DNA from: Toensbergia leucococca
Taxonomy: Eukaryota
Reading direction: 5' to 3'
Assembly (NCBI GenBank): GCA_022813965.1
Contig: JALDZS010000001.1
Location: 310,001 to 374,000 of the forward strand
Length of the DNA stretch: 64,000 nt
A model generated the notes under the pieces. It did no database searches and was not told the DNA's origin. It saw nothing but the letters and a program-made list of their open reading frames with translations. This document shows, one piece after another, positions 1 to 12,735 of the stretch; within the stretch, counting starts at the first letter, position 1, and every line of letters starts with the position of its first letter. A program made the translations under genes and the position numbers.

Positions 1-739
1 TGGTCGGCGGGCCGGGCGCGGAAGCAGGTTTCGTAGAAGTCGTCGAAGGGGAGCGGGGGGCGTGGGGGTTGGTGGGGCTGGTGGTGGGTGTTGTGGTAGT
101 TTGGGGGTGGCTGGGGCGGTGAGTAGGTGGATTGGGCTAAGGGGTTTGGTTGGTGGTGGTGGTGGGTTGGGGTGCCGTTTGTTGGGGGCTGGGGGCCGGG
201 TTGGAAGGCGGGAGGGGGGTGGGTGGTGGAGAGGGGGTTTGGGGTTGGGGTTAGTGTTTGGAAGGTTGGGTGGGAGAGCTGGAGGTTATGTGACATTGAG
301 AGGTGTTGGGGTAGTGGAGGGGGGGAGGCGACGGGGCGACGATGGCTTCGTTTGGAGCGGAGGGGTTTTTCGAGGGGCTTTAGGGGGAGAAGGGGTTAGC
401 GGTTGTTGGAATGGATGGTTGGGGGATGGAGTATTGGGATCAGGTAGGCTGTGGATATACCGTCGGCGGGCCATCGCTGCTCCCCTCGCTCTCCTCATCA
501 AACATCCCGTTCCCGCCTCCAACGCCGTTCTTCTTCATGCGTTTCCCTAGTGTCTCGAGCAGGATTGCGCGTTCAAGGCGCATTTTACGGATGCCGCGCA
601 TGAGACGCACTTTGCGGATGCGATAGGCATCGTTGCTTTCTTCGACTTCGTTGACGCGGCGACGCAGTTGGATGCATTTGTTTTTGTAGGCTTCTTCGAC
701 TGAGGGGGGGAGAGTTGGGGGGATGGATCCGGCGGCCAT
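1..739 (-). CDS. Nhp10-like INO80 chromatin-remodelling subunit (N-terminal coiled coil, probable HMG box); 3' end runs off the window
   Basis: Exon 739-461 encodes EEAYKNKCIQLRRRVNEVEESNDAYRIRKVRLMRGIRKMRLERAILLE. Intron 460-378 (GTATAT...GCTAAC...AAG). Exon 2 reads PLEKPLRSKRSHRRP, a Pro/His-rich linker, then PPRPPLPFDDFY (HMG-box-like start), open to position 1. Confidence 0.7.
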
Positions 740-784
740 GTTTTGAGGGTTGTTGTGAACGGGGTGATCGGGGATGGGGGCTGA

Positions 785-808
785 GATGGCGATGGCGATG
801 GCGATGGC
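785..808. repeat. (GATGGC)4 microsatellite upstream of the Nhp10-like gene
   Basis: gatggc x4 read directly. Confidence 0.85.
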
Positions 809-1518
809 GGAGGGAGGGAGGTGGGTGGTGATGGATTACTTATGTGAGACATGGCTGCTTTGACCATGTATGGATAGTCCCTAGGCGCTTCGGGCGGAAG
901 ACGGCTTGGCGGTGTGGTGAAGGTGGAACGCTCCTGCTAGGCTGGTCACCGTATTCTAATGCGCAACAGAGTTGTCCAGGTATCCGTACCCCACAATAGA
1001 GAGTTGTCAATAAAAGTCTTCACTCTCTACTCAAAGCCTTTCTTGTGAAGAATTTGCAAAGCAATATATACGTCCAATCAAATACCATCCAGTACTATTC
1101 AGAGACTAAGATAAACATCCGTATCCAGTTAGATGGATACCTAGCCAGACGTCTCCATTTGGAGAGCATCGAATCCATAAAACTGTACCAAGTCTTCCAA
1201 CCGATGTAGTGACTTGGTAAGATGCATCGATGAGTAACTACAGATTCAACGCTCAATCAACTAGATATGTCTCGCACCAAATGCCTGCTCACTATTCCAA
1301 GCTTGCCTCGACTTTTTCTAGAAAGTGTACACTGGTGAATGCGCACCTAAAATGTAATGTCGAGGGCGTATTTTAGTCTCCTCGACTATAGGCCGAAATC
1401 AGAAAATGACAGGCGTATCTGTATGGTGCTTTTCCCTGCCCCTGAATGAGGTTGAGAGAGGTAATTACAGCTCGGGTTTTTGGAATGTCTAAAGAACCTT
1501 GCTGGAAGCTACAAGAGC

Positions 1519-4468
1519 TCAACCGAAGGATGATAGATTCAGGCGCTCTAGCCGATGCTGGGTGGCATCCACGAGGGCAGATCTGTATGATGAACATCAG
1601 CAACAGCCTCTTGTTCCAATCTCTAGAAACTGGGAAAACAATGAAATAGACCTACTCTCTTTCCAGCATTCCCATGACTTGTGCCACCTTAGCTTTCCGC
1701 AAGTCCGGGGGAATCTTGAATGCGTCATGGCCATTCGGTTGGCTACTTCCAGTCAGGTCTTTGGCGTGGGAGAGCAGCTCACTGGCCAGTTTTCGAGCCT
1801 AGCACAAAGTCAATAAAGTAATTCGATATGACAACCGGGCTCCGAAGTACCTCTTCGTATCGCTGCCAGGGTTCCAGTGCCGCTTGCTCGCCGTCCGCAT
1901 CCCTGTCATCCCGCAGTGCTAAAATCGAGTGCTCCATCTGATTTATCTCCTCAGCCAACTTTCGCTCCTTTTCACTCAACGCCCCAGAACCAATGCTCCC
2001 AATCTTCCTCCTCAAAGCATCATGCCGATCTACCAATTCTTCTTGCCTTGACTGTGCTGTCTGAAATCGTCTTTCTAGGGCTTCGACTCCCGCCAGCTTT
2101 GCCTCGTCCTCATAATAATCCATGTCCTGATCTGTGACCTGCTCGATACGATTAGCGACATCGTTTGCGCGACGAATCTGGTCCCTGAGTTCGTCTTGCA
2201 ATCGCTCGCAGCGCCGAAATAGATCGGCAGCTGCTATTCCAAGTTGATGCGTTTCCTGGCTTAGGACTCGATGCGCTTCGGTCATAAGGTCGAGAGTAGC
2301 GCCAGATAATCGAATCTCGTCTTTTGTCATTTTCTTGTGACGGCTTTGAACATGCTTTTCGAGAAAGTTTGGTAGTGAGGATTTTACCCATAGTGAAGCT
2401 GGTGGTTGGTATACAGATCTTGTCGGTCCCGAAGTGATAGCTTTCAGTTCTGACTCGAAGTCCCGATCATACTCGCTTGACATGACTGAGTTTAACTCAG
2501 TATTGGGCATGTCAAGTGTTGCAGCTTCAGGCTGCTCGCCAACTGCCGTTAATAGAAAATAGCCGATATCTGAATCTTGTAATACCACGCAAGAAGTCAA
2601 GGATTTTGCTGCACAGCTACCTTCCTCGCCTGTGAAATGAAGGAGCCGTTCTCTAAGGGTTCCGGAGCCTTTCATCAATACATCGATGCGGAATTCTGCC
2701 CCAACACGACTACTATTCTGTGACTCACTCTCAAGGCTTGGTAGCCAAGGATTCAATGAAAAAAAGTAAACACCTTTGGAGTGAGTGATGAAGAAGGAAT
2801 ATCGTGAATTGACGTCAGGAGTCAAGGTAGGCCATTCCAAATTATGGATATCGTTTTGGTACAGAGTATCTAGCACTTCCAATACAACCAAACAAGACGG
2901 CGTCAACTCCAAAGTTGATTGTTTTCGGGCGACCTATTCCAGGATTCATCGTCAGTATTCCAAGACTTGAGCCTATAGATCACTTCGTTATAAGGCTAAC
3001 CTCTTTGCTCGGAAGCCATTGACCTTCCACCCCATCCAGGTCCAAGCATATATATATTTTACCATTTCTTGTGACTAAACATACAACCGAGATCGACAAG
3101 CCGGCTTGATCGGCTTCGTCTAACTCGAAGTCTATTTCTTCGCCATTCATGAGCTCGTCCGTGTCGACTTTGGCTGCGATAACGTAGATATCAGACAATT
3201 CAAGATCCTCCTCTGGGTCGTCTGGGAGTACCTGGAACGGGCCTTGTAATCTGGGTATTCGCCGCCCTGGATGTGACGGGCGATTATAGGTCTCAACAGG
3301 AAATGCGAATTCGGATTCTGCAGAGACAAGAACCGGCTCCTGTTCATCTATGTCTGAGATCCATTGATATTGCTGAGCATAAAATTGTTTCTCTTCGGCT
3401 GACGGAGAGTCGTCTTGTAATGGAGTGGACCTTAAAACTGCACACGTCGAAAGCGAAGGGATAAGAGTCCGGGATGGTTGCCATTTAGATGGAAGGAGAG
3501 GACACAGTGCATAGACATCGCCTTCCTTCATCGCTATCCATAGAGTCATTGAGGACCAGGCAGACTCCCCACTCACGCCAGTGCCTCCGAAAGAGGCAGC
3601 TGCGACTTCCATGTCGAGAGCATCAACGGAGAAGCCCCTACTTCTACCGATGCTATGGGCGCTAAAGTCCTCTTCTGCCGATGTTCCATTCACCAACTTT
3701 TTCAAGTCGATGGCTAGCGCCGGGCTGTCGAAGGACCAGCGATTCTCCTGCTGAAGCTCCCATATCCGTACTGCAGCATCTGCAGTGATGGTGATCAGAC
3801 AATTTCCTGAAACGCCTAGAGGATGCCAGAGAGCACTCGCGACGGGCGACTGGGACAGAACGTGAGTAGTTGGGCCGAGTGTATGTGTTTTCAGGCGGAT
3901 AGGATCAGAGATTCGGTGGCCAAGATGTGACGACTCTGGGAGGATAGCGATATGGACGGTGTGTGAGGTTAGGATAGCAAGAAGTTTGCCATTTGGGGAG
4001 GGTATGAGCTGTCTTATCTGCTCACTCACAGGGACTTTAAGAGTCTGAATATAAGAAAGGTTAGGTATCAGTAGTACAAGTAGAGAGCGTGGACATGATT
4101 ACCCTGTAAGCTCCGAGGGGAGCCTCTTCCTCGGCGATCTCAAGAAAGGCGTTGCTTTTTGTGTTCGCCTTAGGCTTCTCCCTCACTTTGACATGGTCTT
4201 GCCCTCCGGACCAATCGTCCTTGAGCATACAGAGGTCTGACCATCGAATTTGATTGTCTACCACGACAAATATCTCGGTTCCCCTCCGAGCAATCGCTCG
4301 CTTAGGACCCAGATAGTCATCTTTGCCATCGTCGCCATGTCGTAGCTGCTCTGACGCTTTTTCGCTGGGTCTGGTAGGAGTCGATGTGGCATTCGATGGA
4401 GCAAAGAGACGGAAGCCCGGCGAAGGCCTAGACAGCCATGAAGGAGTGTAGCTAATTACTTTTGGCAT
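1519..4468 (-). CDS. NUP82: Nucleoporin Nup82 (beta-propeller plus C-terminal coiled coil), about 5 exons
   Basis: Starts MPKVISYTPSWLSRPSPGF. Propeller motifs SPNGKLLAILTSHTVHIAIL, ALWHPLG, DVYALCPLLP; coiled coil AADLFRRCERLQDELRDQI. Joins ORFs 4061-4483, 2980-4029 and 1779-2912 plus two short 3' exons ending ..MLERE/SALVDATQHRLERLNLSSFG*. Confidence 0.9.
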
Positions 4469-5707
4469 TGCAGGATTGCGCACGTACTTTTTCTAGAATA
4501 CTGATAGAACTAGATCTTGAATCATCATACGGCTGGGTATCAGGCACTCTTAAAGAAACATGGCCGATTGGGTTTCTTAAAGGTGTTTCAGAACGCGCCA
4601 CTCGCGCCGTCACGCTGTCCGCTGGCACGACGCGAAGAGATAAGCGAGGCTTAAAAGAGACAAGGCCGCCCTACTTCTCCCTTTGAATGTATCTACCCTC
4701 CCTCCTCCTACCCTGTATACGGATGGGTACCTACCTTGCCATTTGTTCCACCATCCATTTCACATGGATCGCCTGTGTTCGTGACCATAGCGATTTACTT
4801 TTGAGAAGTTTCAAGCATCGTTTGTCACTGTACGGAGTATCCTACACTCTATGACCGTAATAGTACAACGATTCCTATGCTGTTATCAATTTGCTGCATC
4901 ATACTTCACTACACTCAGCATTTCTTATCTTCCTATGATATTAAATTGAGATCATACGCTCCTTGTGTTGAGTACCTCTCCTTATTTATTCATGTGACTG
5001 TGATTGAAACACCTCAACGTTCGGCCCGATGTTTATAAAACCACTAGAAATCAGAATCATGAGAAGTGACAAGAGATATTGATATTTGTGCAAGACGCCT
5101 TGCTCAACAGAACGTCCTGGCTTGAGTATCATTGCATAAATTGAGATGGACCACAGACATTTCCATGCTTCAGTGTGGATGAGTTGCGGCAAGACGCTTT
5201 TGATATGACCAATACAAAGGCTATATCGGGATATTTGGCATTCATGTTTCATTGTGTGCAGAAAGGTGTTCGCTCATAGATCAGCCGAAAGGGAGCTAGA
5301 AAAGCGAGTCTAAAGGGGCTCAGGAGTGAGAATAAAAGAAATTTACAATCAGAAAACCTAACCCTATTTAAAGGGTTCTATTATCCCCACACCCCATTTC
5401 AGTATTCTCCCACCCGCTGGTACCACACTCATCTCAACTAAGGCCCCACTTGAGGCGCCGTCTTGGATAACAAAGTTCAGTGATGCGGTACGAGTGTTGA
5501 TAAAAGTCAGAAACGGTCTCAAACGCATAAGATGGGAAAAGGAAGAGGTATGGTTATGGATGTTTTGATAGATCCAAACCCGTCTCAATACTTTGCTTGC
5601 TGTGACTCAAAGACACAGCTTGCTCTTCCTCTACCAGCATCAAACCCACATTAACAAATATCAACTCTCCGACGTAGGCGTTCGCAATGAGGCTGTTGAG
5701 GCTGCAC

Positions 5708-6835
5708 TCAAGGCTCCCTTCGTCGAAACATAACAATGAGTGTGGCAGCAGCAATAATCGTAGCAGGAATCCCGACGCCGAGGGCGATTTTGTCACTACT
5801 GTCTAAGCCGGCACGGGTTGTGGAAGCTGTGCTTAACGGACCAGGATTGGAAGCACTGCTTAAGGATGAAGTACTGGTCAAGGCTCCTTCGTCAGTAGGC
5901 GACGCAGTAGAGACAGTAGTCAAAGTCCCCGGACTGGATATCATAGTTGAAGGAGACTTTATACTTGTACCCGTGCTCGTGCTACTTGAGGATGAAGTAC
6001 TGGTCAAAGCTCTTTCGCCAGTAGCAGAGGAAAGCGGCGTAGTAAAAATAGTATTCGAAGTCCCCCGATCAGATGTAATGGTTGACCAAGTGTTTGTACT
6101 TATAACCGTGCTCGTGCTAGAGGTCGCTGCTGCTGTCCCGTTCGGAGGGAGTTCTTGCCCCGCAGAGTATATTGTCGGTGCAAGGGCTTGTGATCCCGCG
6201 AGATCTGACACTGCGGCTGCACAGCCCACTCCATCCCCAATGTCGGCGGTTGCGACGAAACAAACCAAGAAGTCTCCTCCACAGCACCAGCCCGAGACAT
6301 TGGTCGCGCTGCCGCATAGTTCCCACCCAGGATCTGCGCACTAGGGGAGGTAAGATCAGGCTGAATTGTTTGGCTGCATCGGCAGAGTGGGGGACATGGA
6401 ATGAAAGAGAGGAGGCACCTTTGCGGCGTAGATCACGCTGTTGATACAGTCGCTGGCTGAGGGAACGCGTCAGCCTTCTGACGAATACTCCTTCATGTCA
6501 AGACTTGAAATGAAATGAGATAGTATAGCAGTAGCGGAAGCAGAGGAGATCTAGCTGTTCAGGAAGAGGGATCAAACCTACATACCATCTGAGCAGCAAT
6601 AAGCATTTGTAACGTTGCCCCCTTCACCGTTTACGAAACACGTCTGGCTCGAGTCATAGCATCTAGGCTGGTATCCTCCACCACATTCGAGGGTTCCTTC
6701 TGGGCAGCCATATGGCGCCCGTAATGCAAGTCCGCCGTTGTAGTCGTATGGACCAGAGTCGCATCGGACGTGGACTGAATACACCAAAAGCACAATTACC
6801 AATAAGACTGTCAAAAAAGGTCTCAATGAGATCAT
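5708..6835 (-). CDS. Single-pass cell-surface protein: signal peptide, Cys-rich ectodomain, Ser/Thr-rich stalk, TM helix, very short tail (Mid2/Wsc-like topology); 3 exons
   Basis: MISLRPFLTVLLVIVLLVYSVHV signal. Spliced exons give ..YCCSD/ASDCINSVIYAAK/CADPGWELCG..WCCGGDFLVCF (about 14 Cys), a S/T-rich region, and DKIALGVGIPATIIAAATLIVMFRRR. Confidence 0.75.
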
Positions 6836-7935
6836 GTTTAGTTTCCTAGCACGTGGACCTTGCAGATTCTAGGACGTAGGATGATTCGTGAATGACGGCT
6901 TGAAGATTGTTTACACATTGATGAAAGAACATGATAGCACTGTAAACGACAACGTAGCATAAAAGTACATGATGAAGATCAACTTGGAGATAGAAAGAAA
7001 GCTACCATTATCAGCCTCACTGCAAGATGCCAATCTAGAACAAGGCGCACAGATAGTTATGCTGTCAATGTCGCAGCTTTGCGGACTTTGCAGCTGAAGG
7101 ATGGTTACACAGACAAATCATTCGACCGTGCATGCCAAAGTGAAGTTGTGAGTGGCTCGTTTATCAAGCTATACCCCTAGGCTGAGTCACGTGATGATCC
7201 AAAGGTCAAATCGTGACACCTTGGTTTACCTTAGTTGTTGATTCTAATTCATCATTTACTCTTTGTTCGTGAAAGCGGGATTGCGGATTTTTTCATCTCC
7301 GGGTTGTACCCATATTCTAGGAAATCTGAGCGGAACTGCACCTTTTATCTATCCTCGATCAATCTTTGTATGTACTCTAGTAAAAGCCAAGTCAAGATGC
7401 TCCTCTCTTCATGAAGATCAAGATGTTGGTAGCCTCTATGGCGCGTTGTCAGCCGTAGCTGAACACCAAAATCCAGAAGCTTGAAAACTCACGTATTGCT
7501 CGTATGACTAGATAATTTTCTCTGAAGAGTTCCTTGACAGCTGTACTGACATTTGTCTTTTAAACGGTTCCTTGGACTTGCTATGGCTCCATGCGCCCAT
7601 ACCAGATACCAGTCTCGCTCATGGTATGGGTGGAGAGCTTTCCGGCAAGGCCGATACCCTGCGCGGAAAACAGAGAGTGACATGGCCCGCAAATTTGTGG
7701 CCTCTAACGTGGCTTACCAGTGCTACTCTCGCGTACACCTCCACATCATGCAATCGGTCATTAAGAGCCACATTGAAGTCCGGTCTGGCTGGCGCTTTCT
7801 CAAATGCAAGCTTCAAATGGGGGCCATGAATCCGCGTCGTTTGTCTGTTCCTCCATGCCCGCATATCAGTACTACTATCTCAGTCACCTTCATGACCCCC
7901 TTGATCCACCTCTCCATCTTACGCAAACCATAAAC

Positions 7936-9576
7936 TCACTGCCCGTCCCATCGAATCCTTACCCTGATCCTCAAATCATCTCCCTTCACTGGTTCCATAA
8001 TGCCCAAATTCGGCGTCACCTCGTCCCTCCTCGGAAACACCTCTCCCTCGACAGTTTCGATATGAAATCGCTGCAAGAAACCCACGATGAATGCGCAAAT
8101 CTCTCTCCTCGCCAGGAACCTTCCGGGACAGAATGTTGAGCCTCCGCCCCACGGCCTGAAACCAGGGTGTTTGCTTAGTCCGGGGGTTTGAACGAAACGA
8201 CTTGGATCGAATTGATCGGTGCCGGGGCCGAAGATTTCTGACGAGAAGTGCATAGGGCGGTAGGGCATAAGAAGCCGGGAGCCGGGAAGCAGGATCTTGG
8301 AGCCAATGGTAGTGGGTGCGATGACGTTGCGGATGGAGGTTGAGGCTGCGACCAGGCGTAAGGTTTCGTTAAAGGCTGCTTCGAGGTGGGGACAATGTGC
8401 CATGATGTCCTGTATGTCCACCCCACCTGGTGCATTCGGGCGGATAAAGGGCTTCGTTTCGGCCAAGATATCAGCATGGAGTTGCGGGCTGTAGAGGATG
8501 TAGGACAGAACCCAGAAGGCCAATTTCCAGGGATTGCTATTGATGGCCCAATAGAAGATAAAGGCGGAGCTGGCGATGTCCGCGTTGGAGAGGGAAATTT
8601 CCCGCTGTTCGGCTTCGATTGTTTGCAGAAATTGAGCGACGTCACTGCGGGAGGAGGGAGGGATGGAAAAGTACTCGGTGAAGGCCGAAAGGACTTTGCG
8701 TTTAGGAACGTTGCAGGGGCCGGCGAGAAGGGCGGGGTAGTGGTACAGGAGCATCCAGCTATTGGCGTCGAAGGCGGAGAAGTGGGTGATGAAATCGGGG
8801 GAGATGGATGTTAGCTGGTCGCCGTATAGGGCAGCGGTCCCGGCATCCAGAAGGGTGGTCTTGGTTACTTGAAGGATCGAGAGAGTGATTTCCCCTTGTT
8901 CGAGGGACTTTTGGAGGATGGCATTGAGAGACTCGGTGAGAGACTGCATTATCTTGACTTCGAGGACGTCAAGCTTATCTCCAGGCTGCAATTGCTGCTT
9001 ATATGATTGTCGGATGTACAAGCCCACACTGTCTTGCGACGGAGGGAGTGTGTCCGACTCTATTACAGATTCTGAGTCGGGTTCTTTTGCGTGATGAGGC
9101 GTGCGGAGTTTCTTGATGCCATCAGATGAGCCTTCGAATGACTTGAACAGATCTTGGACATGAGTATCAAATTCAAGGGTTGTATTGTTCCTGTAAACGG
9201 CAGAGACATCTTCTGGGGAGAAAATGATATATACTCTCTCCCCAGCGAGGGTCAATGTGAATGGCTCATCAGTGTTTCCTAGGTAGTGCCTTGCGTGGGC
9301 CACAAGGCCGTTGAAACTTTTGTAGAAAGCAAGAGCATGGCCGATAAAAGGTACAAGATACGGGAGTTCTTTGGGCTCATTTGGATGTAGGGCAGGGTGT
9401 ATAGTAAAAGCCCAGATCCTCCATGTAATCCACAGTGTGCCAAATAGCACGAGTATGGATACAGGCAAGTTCGTCGGAAGTAGCCTTACAGAAGACGTCG
9501 GATTCCGAAAGGCGTCGTATAGGGCGTCGACGAACATGGCTGGCTCGGATGGACAGGTGGCTATGGGATGGAGCAA
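7936..9576 (-). CDS. Cytochrome P450, CYP7/CYP8-like, intronless
   Basis: 546-aa ORF with N-terminal TM, ETLR (ExxR), FDPSRF, heme motif PWGGGSTFCPGR and I-helix WAINSN. The true start could be the second Met (MFVDALY). Confidence 0.93.
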   Translation of the reverse strand: MLHPIATCPSEPAMFVDALYDAFRNPTSSVRLLPTNLPVSILVLFGTLWITWRIWAFTIHPALHPNEPKELPYLVPFIGHALAFYKSFNGLVAHARHYLGNTDEPFTLTLAGERVYIIFSPEDVSAVYRNNTTLEFDTHVQDLFKSFEGSSDGIKKLRTPHHAKEPDSESVIESDTLPPSQDSVGLYIRQSYKQQLQPGDKLDVLEVKIMQSLTESLNAILQKSLEQGEITLSILQVTKTTLLDAGTAALYGDQLTSISPDFITHFSAFDANSWMLLYHYPALLAGPCNVPKRKVLSAFTEYFSIPPSSRSDVAQFLQTIEAEQREISLSNADIASSAFIFYWAINSNPWKLAFWVLSYILYSPQLHADILAETKPFIRPNAPGGVDIQDIMAHCPHLEAAFNETLRLVAASTSIRNVIAPTTIGSKILLPGSRLLMPYRPMHFSSEIFGPGTDQFDPSRFVQTPGLSKHPGFRPWGGGSTFCPGRFLARREICAFIVGFLQRFHIETVEGEVFPRRDEVTPNLGIMEPVKGDDLRIRVRIRWDGQ

Positions 9577-10638
9577 GATGCTTTGACATGTCTTCCTACC
9601 TAGTTGAGATGGATGAAGCGTATTACATTACCTTATCTTACCTTGGACAGATGAGCCTCGCAAATGCTAGGGCTGACTGAATGTAATGATCTACCGAGTA
9701 TTCCTTGGCACGATTAGAGTAGTGCAAATGTTTATTTAAAGATATTCTGTCGTCTATCTACCCGTCCCCCGCCTCCCCGCCTCCCCGCTAGAACAGTTGC
9801 TGTGATTGCGAAGAAGCTTGGAAGCATTTCTCCTCTCTTTTCCTCGACTTTCAATTTGCCTTTACAATATCTCTTTGATCTCCCCTCTTCCTCGGGTCAA
9901 AATCCCATTCTAGATTCCTTCCCAGCATTTCAATAAATCGGATACAACACGCCACACTACATCTATCATTCTCCTAAAGCCGAACACAACTCGCACCCGT
10001 CTTACTTGCATAGCTAGCTTCACTGCTGGAGGCTGCATAAGAAGGCGTTTCATGAGGCACAGCGAGGGTCACACACATCTTCGCTGCAAGACGTCGGCCA
10101 ATTGATTTCATTAGATCTTCAGCTCCCCTTCCGATATGTCGATTGAGTAGCATTTCATGTTGCAATGTAGTAACTATCTCTTCGCTACGTATCACTAACT
10201 GCCTTATCTTGACCACTGATATCCCTCGACCATCATTTTGATCTACAATGCTCCAGCTATTTTTCTGCTTGACGGGTACGATGAAATGAACGAATGGCAC
10301 AGCCTTGGTCATCCCGAGGGTGCCGGTCAAGTGGGCATTGCCGTTGTCTCACTTACATGATGTCGATACACACCTTTGAAAATCAAACTTCGCTGGATTT
10401 GAGCTATGCCACACTCAAGACTTTATATTTCCAAACCCTGGATATAATGTTGTATTGCCCCCCTTGTTTGAACCTGCTTTAACACACTGCGAACTTCGTG
10501 ACATGTGGAGGTTTTTTGATATCCAACACGAGACACTGTTCCACAATCTTGGTTCTACTTGAGAGACTCATCACCTTTGGTCTTTTCATCCTTAGAACAG
10601 TATCTGTTACCATACCCGTCTAGGTGTATGTTCACTTC

Positions 10639-12123
10639 ATGGACTACATCAATCTTCCCGTTCCTGTTGCAGCTCCACCGCCGGGTGTCACTCCAGATTT
10701 CACACACCCTCCTTCTCGAACGAGCATAGCTGTGGCTGTATGCTCCGTGAGCTTGGTGATTACTTTGATTCTCTTCGGTGTGCGAGTGTACACAAGACTC
10801 AGGATTACACGTTGCTACGGATATGATGACTGTAAGTTACCTTCGCTAGGAACGGAGCTGTGACTAACCATACAAGATACGTGCCTCTTTGCAATGGTAA
10901 ACCAGAAATTGATCCCAGCAATATGTATATGCCACTAATGTCTTCGCAGATTGGATCAATAGGCTACACCACAGCTATCCTTCTTTGTAAATGTCTTGGC
11001 ACCTCCTGCGCGTGCTTGCTACTAATTTTTTGCAGCGGCTACGGACGTTGTTGGTTCGCACATGTGGGATCTGCTTTTGAGCTCATTCAAACCATCAGTC
11101 TTCCAAGTAAGACTTTTAGATCGATTCTCGACTTACACGGCCGTTTCTGACTAGTACAACGAACAGAAAATTCTCGCTGGCCAGCTCCTATACCCACCCG
11201 TCATGTTTCTTGTCAAACTGTCCTTGTTTCTACTCTACCTTCGCATTTTCACTATAGTAAAGCACATCAAAATCATGATTTACATAGGTATAGCGTTCCA
11301 CTTGACACTATACACTATAAGTTTCGTGCTTGAATTCGTTTTCTGTTACCCTCAGCAAGGACAGAGCCTCCTAGCGAGTTTTGCTGCTCCCAATTGCGCG
11401 GTAGATGCGGCCAAGTTAGGAATCGCTCAGGGCGTCGCCAATATTATTGGTGACTTCTGGCTTCTTCTTACGCCGGTACCCGTGATCTGGAAGCTTCAAT
11501 TATCATTCCAGAAGAAGATTGGCGTAACCGCGATTTTCATGACGGGCTTCCTGTAAGTTTCTTCCACCATGAGTTACCAAGCAACGGTCTCTCTGACCAA
11601 GTCATAGCGGCTGTGTCACTACTATTCTAGGGTTGTACTATAGGGTTCTGGCACTTCGTTCGAACGATGCAACATGGAATCTAATCCCGAACTATATCAC
11701 TACGTAAGTAATTCTGATACGGAGTACCAAAGTGCGAAATCCAGCTCAAACAGAGACAGAGCGGTTGAAATCGACGTAGGAATCGCGTGTAGCTGCATGC
11801 CATCTCTACCAGCCTTTTTCAGACAGTTCAACTTCCCGTCTCTTACTCGCCTGTTATCTCGACTCTCCTGGCGAACCCGCCAAAGCGATTCCACTTCTCG
11901 AAAGGCCGCCTTCAGCCGCTATAATTGTAGTAGCTTTCGCAGTCCAGCGCTCAAGGGCCCGGTGTGCGAAGGCACCCGCTTCGAAAATATGTTCCGAGTG
12001 GGCATTGGAGAGCTCCAGTCTGGATGGAGCTCGCTGGACTCAAACACTACTGTCACGCCGAGTCTCGATCATACTACGAGTTTCCAGCTTGACCCTGAGA
12101 AAGGGACCTCTTCTAGCGAGTGA
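10639..12123 (+). CDS. PTH11-like (fungal rhodopsin-domain) 7-TM protein without CFEM, multi-exon
   Basis: PPPGVTPDF N-terminus, RVYTR..GYDD, GSHMWD, VKLSLFLLYLRIF, DFWLLLTPVPVIWKLQLSFQKKIGV, VEIDVGIACSCMP; several short GT-AG introns. Confidence 0.88.
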
Positions 12124-12735
12124 GAAACAACCTCTAATAGGTGGTCCCATAAAGGTATTTGCCCAAATTATGAAGGTTCGGCTCAATTGCAATTACAAAG
12201 CAGAACCAGCGGGCCAAGCTAGCGGTTATGGTACGCTATATTGCAGTAGGGAAATCCCTTGCATGAGTACATAATTGTCCCGATGTGTCTAGCGGCACGA
12301 CGAGAATGTACAGGCAAGGCTTCAAAGAGACAAGGGCAGTGCCGCTGTGTTACACTTGTATCTTACTACTTCCATTCGAATCTATCTACCCTACTCTACG
12401 TCTTATTCACTCACTGTATTATGCTCAGCCACACTCTCCCGATCAACAATGTTTCTTCCAATCGGTTTCATATCATCTGAGGTTCTATTCCTTTGGTATC
12501 CCCTTTTGAAAACTCACTCAATTCGTGAGCTATATACTTTTCACATGTATGTAACACACCAAGGGGGATCATGGGATACTTTCAATTCTCGCAATCGCTT
12601 CTAGAGACCTTTCCTGTACATCGTGCACAGAACTCCAGTATCATTTTTAAATCCCCGGCAGTTTACCAACTTTGTAATAAACACCCGAATCGTTCCATAT
12701 GTCCCCGTAAACACCACTTTCGGTACGTTTCACAA

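Noticed and set aside
62..550. Gly-rich plus-strand ORFs, and similar ones at 43336-43815 and 57310-57981
   Set aside because: Products of G/C-skewed low-complexity sequence or antisense to real exons; no family motifs.
5736..6344. 202-aa plus-strand ORF
   Set aside because: Antisense shadow of the Ser/Thr-rich exon on the minus strand.
9974..10330. 118-aa minus-strand ORF between the P450 and the PTH11-like gene
   Set aside because: Non-ATG start, no motifs, and it lies in a probable divergent promoter.
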